The notes beneath the pieces were generated by a model, which saw only the letters and a list, made by a program, of their open reading frames with translations, made no database searches and was not told where the DNA came from. The translations under genes and the position numbers were made by a program. A DNA stretch of 64,000 bases from an uncultured bacterium. Its GTDB lineage: Bacteria > Desulfobacterota > Binatia > UBA1149 > CAITLU01. Shown in pieces: positions 46,541 through 56,720 of this stretch. The DNA lies in assembly GCA_903893315.1 (NCBI GenBank), contig CAITLU010000011.1:20157-84156 (forward strand). The letters are read 5' to 3'. Position 1 is the stretch's first letter; every line of letters starts with the position of its first letter.

Positions 46541-48628
46541 TCAGCCATGACCTGGCTGCGCCGCGTTCTTATTCGATTCCGAAACTATCTTCGCCACCAG
46601 GTGCTCGGGCACCGGTTCGTAGTGCGAGAAAGCGATCTCGAAACTTCCCCGACCGCTGGTCATCGACGTCAGGTCGGGAGCGTAACGCAGCACTTCCGCC
46701 ATCGGAACCTTGGCGCGAATCACCTGCGCATGTCCGCGCTGCTCCATACCCTCGACTTTGGCCCGGCGCGAGTTGAGGTCGCCCATAACGTCGCCCATGC
46801 ACTCGTCGGGCACGCTCACCTCGATGAGCACGAACGGTTCCAGAAGTGTGGGCCGAGCCTGCGCGAAACCGTCCTTGAACGCCATCGAACCCGCAACCTT
46901 GAAGGCCATCTCCGAGGAATCCACGTCGTGATACTGCCCGTCGGTGACGGTCACCTTGACATCGACCACCGGATAGCCGGCCACGGTGCCGGCCTTCAGG
47001 GCGTCGCGCACGCCCTTCTCCACGGCCGGAATGTAGTTGCGCGGTATCGACCCGCCGACGATCTTGTCGACGAACTGGAACCCGCCTCCGCGCTGCATCG
47101 GCTCGATTTCGATCTTGCAGTCGGCGAACTGGCCGTGGCCGCCGCTCTGCTTCTTGAGCCTGCCGTGAGCCGGAACCTTGGCACGCACGGTCTCGCGGTA
47201 CGGCACTTTGGGCGCCTTCAGCACCACAGCGACGCTGTACTTGCGTTCGAGCCGTTCACAGGCAACCTCGACGTGAAGCTGTCCCGAACCCGACACGAGA
47301 ATCTCTCCCGTCTCCTCGTCGCGATCGACGTGCAGGGCCAGGTCTTCCTCGCACAGCTTGTGCAAACCCTGCGCGGCCTTGTCTTCCTCGCCGCGCTTCC
47401 TGGCTTCGACCGCGAACGAAATGGTCGGCGTCACCGGGCTGAAACCCTCGATCTCGACCGGATGCGCCGCATCGGCCAGAGTCTGACCGGCGTGAGTGTC
47501 GCGCAGTTTCGCCACGGCGATGACTTCACCGACGGTGGCACTGTCGACTTCCTTGGTCTTGCGCCCCTCGAGTTTGAGAAGATGACCGAAACGCTCCTTG
47601 GTGCGCGTCATGGGATTGATGACGTTGGTGTCGGCGGTCACGGTGCCCGACACCACACGCATCACCGACAGATGACCGACGTGCGGATCGACGATGGTCT
47701 TGAATACGAATCCCGCGAAGGGCGAGGCCGGATCGGGAGCGAGTACCACCGAGGCACCGTCTTCGTTCTTGGCGGCAACTCCCGGAAGCTCCGACGGCGC
47801 CGGCATCAGGTCGACGATGGCGTCGAGCAGCTGGACGATGCCGACGTTGGCGCTGGCCGAAACGCACAGCACCGGCTGCACCGTGCGCGCCAGGATGCTC
47901 TTGCGCAGCCCTTTCCTGATGTCGTCAAGGGAAAGGTCGCCGGCCTCGAGGTATTTTTCGAGAAGTTCGTCGTCGCTTTCGGCAGCGGCTTCCGTCACGG
48001 CTGAACGCAGCAAGACCACCCGTTCCGCCGCTGAAGCGGGAACCGGCGCGGCCTTGAACTTGCCGCTGTCATTTTCGTAAGCGTAGCCGCAGCCGCTGAC
48101 GACGTCGACGACCCCGTCCATGCTTTCACCCGCCCTGAGAGCGACGGTGATCAGCACCGGCCTGGCACCGAGTTGTTCGCGCAACTCTTCCAGACGAGCG
48201 TCGACATCGGCTTCGGGCCGTTCGCACTTGTTGAGCACGAACAGCACCGGCTGACCCAGTTCGCCGGCCCAGTTCCACACCTTGGATGCTTCGGCGCGCA
48301 GCGGCGTCGAAGCGTCGATGACCTGGACAACGCCGCAGCTACCGCGCAGCGCGTAGTGCGTGTCGGCCACGAAGTTGCCCTGCCCTGGCGTATCGAGAAT
48401 CGTTACTTCGTGTTTGTTCCACGCGAAGTGGTGCAGCGAAGTGGTGATCGAACAACGCCGGCGCATTTCCTCGGGCTCGAAGTCGAAGAGCGAAGTCTCG
48501 TCGTCGACACGTCCGAGACGGGTGGCGCCGCCGGCGGCGAACACCAGCGCATCGGCGATGGATGTCTTGCCAACGCCGCCCTGTCCGGCAACGGCAACGG
48601 TTCGGATTCGCGAAGGTTCGGCAGCCAT
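46541..48628 (-). CDS. elongation factor G paralogue with non-canonical GTPase motifs
   Basis: 695 aa with the EF-G five-domain layout. G1 is AGQGGVGKTS, G3 is DTPGQGNF (Gln instead of the catalytic His), and G4 is NKCE. Confidence 0.85.
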   Translation of the reverse strand: MAAEPSRIRTVAVAGQGGVGKTSIADALVFAAGGATRLGRVDDETSLFDFEPEEMRRRCSITTSLHHFAWNKHEVTILDTPGQGNFVADTHYALRGSCGVVQVIDASTPLRAEASKVWNWAGELGQPVLFVLNKCERPEADVDARLEELREQLGARPVLITVALRAGESMDGVVDVVSGCGYAYENDSGKFKAAPVPASAAERVVLLRSAVTEAAAESDDELLEKYLEAGDLSLDDIRKGLRKSILARTVQPVLCVSASANVGIVQLLDAIVDLMPAPSELPGVAAKNEDGASVVLAPDPASPFAGFVFKTIVDPHVGHLSVMRVVSGTVTADTNVINPMTRTKERFGHLLKLEGRKTKEVDSATVGEVIAVAKLRDTHAGQTLADAAHPVEIEGFSPVTPTISFAVEARKRGEEDKAAQGLHKLCEEDLALHVDRDEETGEILVSGSGQLHVEVACERLERKYSVAVVLKAPKVPYRETVRAKVPAHGRLKKQSGGHGQFADCKIEIEPMQRGGGFQFVDKIVGGSIPRNYIPAVEKGVRDALKAGTVAGYPVVDVKVTVTDGQYHDVDSSEMAFKVAGSMAFKDGFAQARPTLLEPFVLIEVSVPDECMGDVMGDLNSRRAKVEGMEQRGHAQVIRAKVPMAEVLRYAPDLTSMTSGRGSFEIAFSHYEPVPEHLVAKIVSESNKNAAQPGHG

Positions 48629-48658
48629 GACTCCCTCCTGTCAGGTCCCGACAGTTTC

Positions 48659-49438
48659 TCAGTTACGCTCGTACACGAGCCTGAGGCCGTCGAGAGTCAA
48701 AAACTCGTCAACTTCCTGAATGGTGGTCGATTGCTCCGCAATCAAAGGAGCCAGACCGCCGGTCGCGAGCACTCGGCACCTGGTCCCTTCCTGCTTTTCT
48801 ATCTGATGCACCAGGCCGTCGACCAACTCTACGTAGCCGTAGGTGATTCCGGCCTGGATCGCGTGGACGGTGTTGCGGCCGACAACGCGCGCCGGCCTGG
48901 CAATCTCGACGCGCGGAAGTTTGGCGGTTCTCGAATACAGCGCGTCGAGCGAGATGCCGATCCCCGGCACGATGACGCCGCCCATGTATTCGCCCTTGGC
49001 GGTTATGTAGTCGAAGGTCGTGGCGGTTCCGAAATCGACGACTATCGTCGCCGCCCTGGTCCTTTCGTAGGCCGCCACCGCATTGACGATGCGATCGGCG
49101 CCGACCTCGCGGGGGTTCTCGTACAGAATCGGCATGCCGGTCTTGATGCCGGGGCCCACCACCAGCGCGCGGGTGCCGAAATATCTCTGGCTGAGTTCTT
49201 CGACGACGCCGGTAAGCGGCGGAACCACGCTCGAGATGATCGCGCCACTCACCTTCGGAATGGCCAGGCCCTGAGACTGAAAGAGGCTCCACAGCAGGAT
49301 GCCGTACTCGTCAGCGGTGCGCTCTACCGCCGTCACCAGCCGCCAGTGCCGCGTCAGGGCCTTACCCTCGAAGAGTCCGAGCACGGTGTGGGTATTGCCC
49401 ACGTCGAAGGTGAGCAGCATCCCGGAAACCGAAGGCAT
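48659..49438 (-). CDS. coaX: type III pantothenate kinase
   Basis: 259 aa. [11 protein letters not shown] and DFGTATTFD (ASKHA fold). Confidence 0.9.
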   Translation of the reverse strand: MPSVSGMLLTFDVGNTHTVLGLFEGKALTRHWRLVTAVERTADEYGILLWSLFQSQGLAIPKVSGAIISSVVPPLTGVVEELSQRYFGTRALVVGPGIKTGMPILYENPREVGADRIVNAVAAYERTRAATIVVDFGTATTFDYITAKGEYMGGVIVPGIGISLDALYSRTAKLPRVEIARPARVVGRNTVHAIQAGITYGYVELVDGLVHQIEKQEGTRCRVLATGGLAPLIAEQSTTIQEVDEFLTLDGLRLVYERN

Positions 49439-50466
49439 CAGTCGTACCCTCCTTGCACTGTGACGTCACCGGCAAGCACGCGCCGCACCCGGCCCGGCGC
49501 GATCTCCAGCAACAAAGCCCCGTCACTGTCGATTCCGATACAGGTGCCGCGGCTGACATCCTGCCCCTGACCACCGACACCGCCGACCTCGACGGTCCGG
49601 CCCTCAAGCACCGACAGCGCGCGCCAGCGCGAAGCCAACGCGCCGAACCCCTGAGTCAGAAAGGCCTCGTATGCCCCCTCCATGCGTGAGAGCAAACGCG
49701 CAGCCAGTGCGGTGCGATCCAAGCGGCGGCCGGTCTCCAACAGAAACGAGGTAGCACGGCCTGCCAGGGCCGCACTGAAGTGCTCGCCCGTCGAATTCAC
49801 GTTGACGCCGATACCGACGACGACGAACGAAACACGGTCGGCCTCGGCCTCGATCTCGGTGAGAATTCCCGCGATTTTTCGCAGTGGAACGCTGCCGGTT
49901 CCCGAAGCATCATCTTCGCCGCCGAGGACGACGTCGTTCGGCCACTTGATCCGGCAGGCGATGCCCTCTGCTGCCAGGGTCTCGGCCACGGCCACACCGG
50001 CGACCAGCGACAACTGGGGAGCGGCGGCCGGTACAATCGGCGGTCTGAGCAGCAGCGACAGGTACAGATTTACGCCGCGTGCCGACTCCCACTGACGGCC
50101 GAGCCTGCCGCGGCCGCCGGTCTGGGCCTCGGCCAGTACCACCGAACCCTCCGGAGCACCTTCACGTCCGAGCGCGAGAGCATCGGAATTGGTGGAGCGC
50201 GTGACATCCAGCACGACGACGTTGCTGCCCAGGCGCCGGCCGGCCAGCAAACCAGACAGAGCTTCGGCACTGAGGCGGTCCGGAGAAGAAACCAGCCGGT
50301 ACCCCTTGGAGCGCGCGCGCTCGATCTCATAGCCGGCGGCTTCCAGAGCCTCGATGTGCTTCCAGACCGCAGCGCGGGAAATACCGAACCTGCTCGCCAA
50401 TGCCTGCCCGGATACCGCCGTCCCGGCCTCGTCGAGTGCTTCGAGAATCCCCTGGCGGTGGCTCAT
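49438..50466 (-). CDS. birA: bifunctional biotin-[acetyl-CoA-carboxylase] ligase / biotin operon repressor
   Basis: N-terminal wHTH ([23 protein letters not shown]) and the biotin-binding [13 protein letters not shown] 50466 makes an ATGA overlap with the nadC stop. Confidence 0.85.
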   Translation of the reverse strand: MSHRQGILEALDEAGTAVSGQALASRFGISRAAVWKHIEALEAAGYEIERARSKGYRLVSSPDRLSAEALSGLLAGRRLGSNVVVLDVTRSTNSDALALGREGAPEGSVVLAEAQTGGRGRLGRQWESARGVNLYLSLLLRPPIVPAAAPQLSLVAGVAVAETLAAEGIACRIKWPNDVVLGGEDDASGTGSVPLRKIAGILTEIEAEADRVSFVVVGIGVNVNSTGEHFSAALAGRATSFLLETGRRLDRTALAARLLSRMEGAYEAFLTQGFGALASRWRALSVLEGRTVEVGGVGGQGQDVSRGTCIGIDSDGALLLEIAPGRVRRVLAGDVTVQGGYD

Positions 50467-51320
50467 ACCAGCAGCGTCAGTTCCATGCTGAGATCTACCG
50501 AACGCGCTGAATGGGTCAGACGGCCCAGCGAAATCCCGTCGGGTCCTGCCTTCGCATAGGCAAGGACGGTATCGGGACCGACACCGCCGGAAACTTCGAC
50601 GCGCGCGCGGCGAGCGATGAAACGAACCGCTTCGGCCACACGCTCCGGAGAAAAGTTGTCGAGCAGAATCGACCTGGCGCCGGCCTCCAGAGCCATCGCA
50701 ACCTGTTCGATCGTGTCGCACTCAACTTCGACATCGGTGCCCGGCGGCGCACCGGCCAAGGCCGCCTGCACCGCACGATCAATGCCGCCGGCCGCAACCA
50801 CGTGGTTGTCCTTGATAAGCACGGCGTCGAACAGCCCCATGCGATGATTGGTGCCGCCGCCGCACACTACCGCGTACTTCTCCAGACGACGCATTCCCGG
50901 CGTGGTCTTGCGTGTGTCGAGGATGCGCGTCGAGCAACCTGCCGCGCGTACCATCCGCACCACCGCAGCCGTCTCGGTGGCGACGCCCGAAAGATGGGCG
51001 ACGAAGTTCAGCAGCGTACGCTCGAGCGTGAGAATCGCGCAGGCCTCGCCGTCGATGACACACAACGATTTTCCGGCCGCAACCGCGGCGCCGTCGCCGA
51101 CCTGCTCCGACAGCATCAGCGAAGCCGCACCGGCCCCGGCCTCGCCCATCGCAGCGAGCGCCTCAACCAGCGGAGCGAACAGAACCAGACCCGAAACCAC
51201 CAAGGGTTCGCGCGCGATTACACGAGCGCGGGCCCTGGTGCCTCTGGGCACCGTAAGACGCGTGGTGAGATCACCGCTTCCTATGTCTTCGGCAAGCGCC
51301 AGGTTCAGCAACGCCCGCAC
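50463..51320 (-). CDS. nadC: nicotinate-nucleotide diphosphorylase (carboxylating)
   Basis: 285 aa. ALAEDIGSGDLT and ILDTRKTTPGMR, TIM-barrel C-terminal domain. Confidence 0.9.
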   Translation of the reverse strand: MRALLNLALAEDIGSGDLTTRLTVPRGTRARARVIAREPLVVSGLVLFAPLVEALAAMGEAGAGAASLMLSEQVGDGAAVAAGKSLCVIDGEACAILTLERTLLNFVAHLSGVATETAAVVRMVRAAGCSTRILDTRKTTPGMRRLEKYAVVCGGGTNHRMGLFDAVLIKDNHVVAAGGIDRAVQAALAGAPPGTDVEVECDTIEQVAMALEAGARSILLDNFSPERVAEAVRFIARRARVEVSGGVGPDTVLAYAKAGPDGISLGRLTHSARSVDLSMELTLLV

Positions 51321-51352
51321 GTCGGCGGCGCCGGCGCGAAAGCCGAAGGAGT

Positions 51353-54043
51353 TCAGAGGCCGCCTCCAATCGATTCAACTCGTGCGAGACTCGCCATCAG
51401 TGCCTGTGACTCCTGCTGGGCCGCGCTTTGCCGCCCCCTTTCACCCTCGACGATCTCTTCGGGCGCGCGTTCGATGAAATTTTTGCTGGCAAGCTTGGCA
51501 CCCACGCGTTCGAGTTCCTTGTCGACGCGCGCGATCTCGCGGCGCAGACGCTCGGCCTCCGCACCCAGATCGACGTGCTCGGCGATCGGCACCGCCAACT
51601 CGCCGCCGGCCACCACGCAGATAGCCGAGCCCTTGGGCGGCGCCCCCTCGTAGTGCAGCGCGCCGACGCGCGCCAGTCGCTTGACCAGCGCCTCGTTGGC
51701 GCGCACCACCGCCGCGGCCGCGCCCGGCCCTATCCACAAATCCAGCGCTATCTTCGGCGCGATGCGCATCTCCGAGCGGATGTTGCGCACGCTGCGCACC
51801 ACCTCGATGAGCGTATCCATCTCAGCGTCGATGTCGAGGTCGCGCCAGGTCGGATCGGCGCTGGGATAGGCTGCGCTGAGCAGGAATGAACTCACGCCGT
51901 CGGCTTCGCCCGCGACCGTCGCGGCTGCTGCGCGTCCGGCCTGCGGAAGCTCATGCCACAATTCTTCGGTGACGAACGGCACCAACGGATGCAGCAGACG
52001 CAGCAACTGCTCGAGCACCGCAGTCAGTGTCTGGAGAGTCTCTTCGCGATCTGGCTCCTCTCCATCGAGCAGCACCTTGGCAATTTCTATGTACCAGTCG
52101 CAGTAGGTGTTCCAGGTAAATGTGTAGAGAGCCTGGGCGGCCTCATTGAAGCGGTAGGCGTCGAGCGCAGCGCGGGTCTCCTCGACGACAGCCGCAAGCT
52201 GGGAGCGCATCCACCGGTTCGGCCCCAGGCGCGGCGCGGCAGGCATCGCGCAGGTGGTGGCGTGACCTTCGCGCTTGAGCGCGACGAAACGCGACGCGTT
52301 CCACAGTTTGTTGACGAAGTTGCGATAGCCGCCGATGCGGTCCACCGACAGACGAACGTCGCGGCCCATCGCCGCGAACGCCACCAGTGCGAAGCGGAAC
52401 GCGTCGGCACCGTACTCGTCGATGATGACGAGGGGGTCGATGACATTGCCCTTGGACTTCGACATCTTCTGGCCCTGCTCGTCGCGCACCAGGGCGTGGA
52501 TGTAGATGTCGCGAAACGGCACTTCGCCCATGAAGCGAAGGCCCATCATCATCATGCGAGCCACCCAGAAGAAGATGATGTCGAAGCCCGTTACCAGGGT
52601 GCTGGTAGGATAGAACCGCGCCAGGTCTTCGGTACGCTCGGGCCATCCCATCGTCGAGAACGGCCACAACGCCGAAGAGAACCAGGTATCGAGAACGTCC
52701 TCGTCCTGCACCACCGCGCCGCCGCACTGCGGGCAGGCGCTCGGATCTTCACGCAGTACCGACACGACGCCGCAGGCCTGACAGGTCCAGGCCGGAATCC
52801 GGTGTCCCCACCAGAGCTGACGCGACACGCACCAGGGCCGGATGTTCTCTATCCACGAACGATAGGTCTTTTCCCAGTGCGACGGGACGAAGCGGGTGCG
52901 GCCGTCGTCGAGAGCCGCCAGCGTGGCGTCGGCCATCTCGCGCACTTGCAGAAACCACTGCTCCGACAGCAGCGGTTCGACGACGTTGTGACAGCGATAA
53001 CAGGTCCCTACCGCGTGACTGTGCTCGTCGATGCGCTCGAGCGTACCGTCGGCGGTGAAGCGCTCGACCAGCAGGCGGCGGCACTCAGCGGTAGTCAGAC
53101 CGGCGTACTCGCCTGCCTCCTCCGACATGGTGCCATCCACGTTCATCACCGAGATCATCGGCAGCGCGTGGCGCAGGCCGATTTCGAAATCGTTGGGATC
53201 ATGGCCGGGCGTGATCTTCACAGCGCCGGAACCGAAGGCACTGTCGACGTAGGTGTCGGCGATGACAGGAAGCTTGCGCCCGAGCACCGGCAGCACCACG
53301 TTCTTGCCGACCAGCGTCCTGTAGCGTTCGTCGTCGGGATGCACGGCAACCGCGGTATCGCCGAGCATCGTCTCGGGACGCGTCGTGGCCACCGAAATAG
53401 ATCCGCTGCCGTCCTCCAGAGGATAGCGCAGATGCCAGAGGTTACCGGCCCGGTCCTCGTGTTCGACCTCGATGTCGGAGAGCGCAGTGCGACAGCGCGG
53501 ACACCAGTTGATCAGATAGCGGTCACGTCGCAGCAGGCCCTGCTCGTACAGGGAAACGAAAACCTCGCGCACCGCGCGCGACAGGCCTTCGTCCATCGTG
53601 AAGCGCTCGTGGCCCCAGTCGCACGAAACACCGAGACGGCGGAGCTGCTCTGTGATGGTACCGCCCGACTCTTCCTTCCACTTCCAGGTGCGCGCCACGA
53701 AGGCCTCGCGCCCGAGGGCGTGACGGTCGCTGCCTTCGGCCATCAGCTGGCGTTCGACGACGTTCTGGGTGGCGATCCCGGCGTGGTCGGTGCCGGGGAT
53801 CCACAGCGTGGCCTCGCCGAGCATGCGGTGATAGCGCGCCAACACGTCCTGCAGCGTGTTGTTGAGGGCGTGGCCCATGTGCAGCGAACCGGTCACGTTC
53901 GGAGGCGGAATCACCATCGAGAACGTGCGCTCGCCCTGCGCTGCGGGACGGGGCGCAAAAGCCCCCGCATCGACCCACGCCTGGTACCACTTGCTCTCGA
54001 AGGACTTGGGTTCGTAACCGGCCACAGCGCGAGCGGTGTACAA
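51353..54043 (-). CDS. valS: valine--tRNA ligase
   Basis: HIGH motif (PPNVTGSLHMGHAL), KMSKSKGN, and a C-terminal coiled coil. The start is ambiguous between TTG 54043 (chosen), GTG 54025 and GTG 54175. Confidence 0.9.
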   Translation of the reverse strand: MYTARAVAGYEPKSFESKWYQAWVDAGAFAPRPAAQGERTFSMVIPPPNVTGSLHMGHALNNTLQDVLARYHRMLGEATLWIPGTDHAGIATQNVVERQLMAEGSDRHALGREAFVARTWKWKEESGGTITEQLRRLGVSCDWGHERFTMDEGLSRAVREVFVSLYEQGLLRRDRYLINWCPRCRTALSDIEVEHEDRAGNLWHLRYPLEDGSGSISVATTRPETMLGDTAVAVHPDDERYRTLVGKNVVLPVLGRKLPVIADTYVDSAFGSGAVKITPGHDPNDFEIGLRHALPMISVMNVDGTMSEEAGEYAGLTTAECRRLLVERFTADGTLERIDEHSHAVGTCYRCHNVVEPLLSEQWFLQVREMADATLAALDDGRTRFVPSHWEKTYRSWIENIRPWCVSRQLWWGHRIPAWTCQACGVVSVLREDPSACPQCGGAVVQDEDVLDTWFSSALWPFSTMGWPERTEDLARFYPTSTLVTGFDIIFFWVARMMMMGLRFMGEVPFRDIYIHALVRDEQGQKMSKSKGNVIDPLVIIDEYGADAFRFALVAFAAMGRDVRLSVDRIGGYRNFVNKLWNASRFVALKREGHATTCAMPAAPRLGPNRWMRSQLAAVVEETRAALDAYRFNEAAQALYTFTWNTYCDWYIEIAKVLLDGEEPDREETLQTLTAVLEQLLRLLHPLVPFVTEELWHELPQAGRAAAATVAGEADGVSSFLLSAAYPSADPTWRDLDIDAEMDTLIEVVRSVRNIRSEMRIAPKIALDLWIGPGAAAAVVRANEALVKRLARVGALHYEGAPPKGSAICVVAGGELAVPIAEHVDLGAEAERLRREIARVDKELERVGAKLASKNFIERAPEEIVEGERGRQSAAQQESQALMASLARVESIGGGL

Positions 54044-54266
54044 CGGCCCCGACGTGCGTTCAAAAGCCCCGGCCTGCGTGCCGCGATTGTCGGCGCAATA
54101 TCGCAGGCGAAAAGTTCGCGCGTTGCCGCCTGCGCCGGCGCCTCGCCTCCTCGTCGTCGTCCGCGCAGACAACACGGTTTGGATGAACCCGCGCGTCTGT
54201 TAGGGTCGCCGCCCGGATCGCCGCCTTCCAAGGCGGCCACCGCCTATCTACAGGAGGGAGACTTCG

Positions 54267-54746
54267 GTGAGCGACAGGCCTTTTCGCGTTCTAGGTATCC
54301 AGCAGATTGCCGTCGGCGGACTCGACAAAGCCGCGCTGCGACGACTTTGGATAGACACCCTCGGCCTCAGCGTCACCGGGACCTTCAAGAGCGAACGCGA
54401 GAACGTCGACGAGGACATCGCGGTGGCCGGCGTCGGTCCGCTCAAGGTCGAGGTCGACCTGATGCAGCCGATCGATCCCGACAAGAAGCCGGCCGTCCAC
54501 AATCCTCCCCTCAACCACATCGGTCTGTGGATCGACGACCTGCACGCGGCCGTGGCGTGGCTCGAAAAAAGCGGGGTCCGCTTCACGCCCGGCGGCATCC
54601 GCAAGGGCGCTGCCGGCTTCGACGTCACCTTCATTCATCCAAAGGGCAACGAGCAGGCGCCGATCAGCGGCGAGGGCGTGCTGATCGAGCTCGTCCAGGC
54701 TCCGCCCGAGGTAGTCGCCGCGTTCGCCAAAGTCGCGTCGATGTAG
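54267..54746 (+). CDS. VOC (glyoxalase/dioxygenase) superfamily protein
   Basis: 159 aa. GTG 54267 follows AGGAGGGAG. The beta-alpha-beta-beta-beta module pattern includes [25 protein letters not shown] and GVLIELVQ. Confidence 0.7.
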   Translation: MSDRPFRVLGIQQIAVGGLDKAALRRLWIDTLGLSVTGTFKSERENVDEDIAVAGVGPLKVEVDLMQPIDPDKKPAVHNPPLNHIGLWIDDLHAAVAWLEKSGVRFTPGGIRKGAAGFDVTFIHPKGNEQAPISGEGVLIELVQAPPEVVAAFAKVASM

Positions 54747-54756
54747 GAGCACAACA

Positions 54757-55494
54757 ATGGAGACGCAAGCGCCGCGGACCGCCGCCCCTGCCTCGAACGA
54801 CGCCGCCATCGATGCGACTCGTGGCGACGATGCCGTTGAAACCTGGCTCAGGCCGGGCCGCTTCGTCGACAGCGACTCTCCTACCGTGCAGGAGTTCGCC
54901 GCCCGCGTGGTCGAAGGAGCGTCCACTGCGCGAGAGAAAGCGGTGCGCATCTACTACGCGGTCCGCGACGGCGTGCGCTACGATCCCTACGCCTGTGTGT
55001 TCGATCCTGACGCGTTCCTGGCCAGCGCCATCGTCTCGATGCCGGGCGCGTTCTGCGTACAGAAGGCGATCCTGATGGCAGCCGCCTGCCGCGCGCAGGC
55101 GATCCCGTGCCGCCTCGGTTTTGCCGACGTGCGCAACCATCTGACCAGCGAGAAGCTGTTGGAGCGCATGGGCACCGACCTGTTCGTCTTCCACGGTTAC
55201 TGCGAACTGCTGGTAGATGAGCGTTGGGTAAAGGCCACACCGACTTTCAACCGCGAACTGTGCGAACGCTTCGGCGTCAAGCCTCTGGAATTCGACGGCA
55301 GCGCCGATGCGTTGTTCCACGAATTTGACCAGCGCGGCCGCCGTCACATGGAATACGTGCGTTACCACGGCGTCTTTGCCGACCTGCCTTTCGAGCGCAT
55401 GGTCGCGGCGATGCACGAAGCCTACGCGGGTTTCGGCCGCGAAGCCGAACTCGGCGACCCGAAGGACGATCGGGCTTTCGCGGCCAAGGCGTGA
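54757..55494 (+). CDS. transglutaminase-like (papain-fold) superfamily protein
   Basis: 245 aa. Cys in GAFCVQKAILMAAACRAQAIPCRLGF and His in FVFHGYCELL. The SD sequence overlaps the VOC stop (TAGGAG). Confidence 0.7.
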   Translation: METQAPRTAAPASNDAAIDATRGDDAVETWLRPGRFVDSDSPTVQEFAARVVEGASTAREKAVRIYYAVRDGVRYDPYACVFDPDAFLASAIVSMPGAFCVQKAILMAAACRAQAIPCRLGFADVRNHLTSEKLLERMGTDLFVFHGYCELLVDERWVKATPTFNRELCERFGVKPLEFDGSADALFHEFDQRGRRHMEYVRYHGVFADLPFERMVAAMHEAYAGFGREAELGDPKDDRAFAAKA

Positions 55495-56699
55495 AGCCCG
55501 AGCGCGCCCGCCGCGCGCTCTACGCCGCGGCCTTTCTGCGTGCCACCGCCACCGGACTGGTCGGCGTCGAACTCGCGCTGTTTCTGACCCAGGTCGGCGT
55601 CGATCTGTCTTTGACCGGCGTGGTGCTCGGCACCGGTCTGACAGGTGCGGCGACCGCTGCGCTGCTCGCCACGCTCAGGGCCGATCGCTTCGGCCGCCGC
55701 CGCACGTTGGCAGTGCTGGCCGTGCTCGGCGCCGCCGGTGCAGCAGCAGCGGCTTTCAGCAACTCGGCGCCTGCACTCATCGCGGCCGCGTTCTTCGGAA
55801 TGCTGAACGGCATGGGCCGCGACCGCGGCGCAGCATTGATCGTCGAGCAGGCGATTCTGCCGTCGACCACTTCCGCTACCGAACGAACCCGGGTACTGGC
55901 GCGCTACAACGTCTGGCAGGACATCGGCCACGCCGTCGGAGCGCTGGCCGCTGCGCTGCCCCCTCTGCTGCAAGCCATCGGCGGCGACCCTGCAAGCGCC
56001 CACCGCGCGACGATGCTGCTGGCCGCTGCGCTGACGCTGGCACCGCTTGCCTGCTACGCGTTTCTCGACGAGTCGGTAGAGAATCACCAGATACATCGCC
56101 AACTGCCGATGCGGCCTGCGACGCGCCGCACGCTGACGCGCCTGTGCGCGTTGTTCGCGATCGACAGTCTGGCCGGCGGGCTGCTGCTGACGTCGTTGCT
56201 GTCGTACTTCTTCTTCGAGCGCTTCAGTGCACCACAGAGCGCGATCGCCGCATTGTTTTTCGGCGCTCGCATCTTGAACGCCTTGTCGCATTTCGGCGCG
56301 GCGTGGCTGTCACGCCGCATCGGACTCGTCAACACGATGGTGTTCACACACATTCCTTCAAGCGTGCTGTTGATGACGGTGGCGTTCGCACCGAGCTTCC
56401 CGATCGCCGCATTGCTGTTCCTGCTGCGTGAAGGACTGGTGGAAATGGACGTGCCGACGCGTCAGTCCTACGTGCTGGCCGTGGTCGAACCCGAAGAGAG
56501 AACGCGAGCCTCCGGCATCACCAACCTCGTACGTCTGGCGGCCTGGGCCGTGGCACCGACCTTTGCCGGCGTGTTCATGCACGGGACCTCCCTGATGACG
56601 CCGCTGCTGCTCGGTGCGTCGATGAAGATCGCCTACGACCTGGCGCTGTGGCGCGCCTTCCGCCGCCTGCCTGCGCCGGAAGAGAGGGCAGCCGCGTAG
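55491..56699 (+). CDS. MFS transporter
   Basis: 402 aa, about 12 hydrophobic segments, with the MFS loop motif LRADRFGRRRTL. GTGA overlap with the preceding gene. Confidence 0.8.
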   Translation: MKPERARRALYAAAFLRATATGLVGVELALFLTQVGVDLSLTGVVLGTGLTGAATAALLATLRADRFGRRRTLAVLAVLGAAGAAAAAFSNSAPALIAAAFFGMLNGMGRDRGAALIVEQAILPSTTSATERTRVLARYNVWQDIGHAVGALAAALPPLLQAIGGDPASAHRATMLLAAALTLAPLACYAFLDESVENHQIHRQLPMRPATRRTLTRLCALFAIDSLAGGLLLTSLLSYFFFERFSAPQSAIAALFFGARILNALSHFGAAWLSRRIGLVNTMVFTHIPSSVLLMTVAFAPSFPIAALLFLLREGLVEMDVPTRQSYVLAVVEPEERTRASGITNLVRLAAWAVAPTFAGVFMHGTSLMTPLLLGASMKIAYDLALWRAFRRLPAPEERAAA

Positions 56700-56720
56700 A
56701 AACCCGGCGCGTGTGTCCGC

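Noticed and set aside
54267-54746. Calling the VOC protein methylmalonyl-CoA epimerase, to partner the mutase.
   Set aside because: The first metal-ligand position appears to be Gln rather than His. The gene is 45 kb from the mutase and is coupled to unrelated genes. The mutase itself does not look methylmalonyl-CoA-specific. It is left as a generic VOC protein.
51953-55075. A 1040-aa + strand ORF, the longest in the track.
   Set aside because: It is antisense to valS for most of its length. It then runs out of frame through the VOC and transglutaminase-like genes. The translation is Arg/Ala/Pro-rich and motif-free. It is a high-GC artefact.
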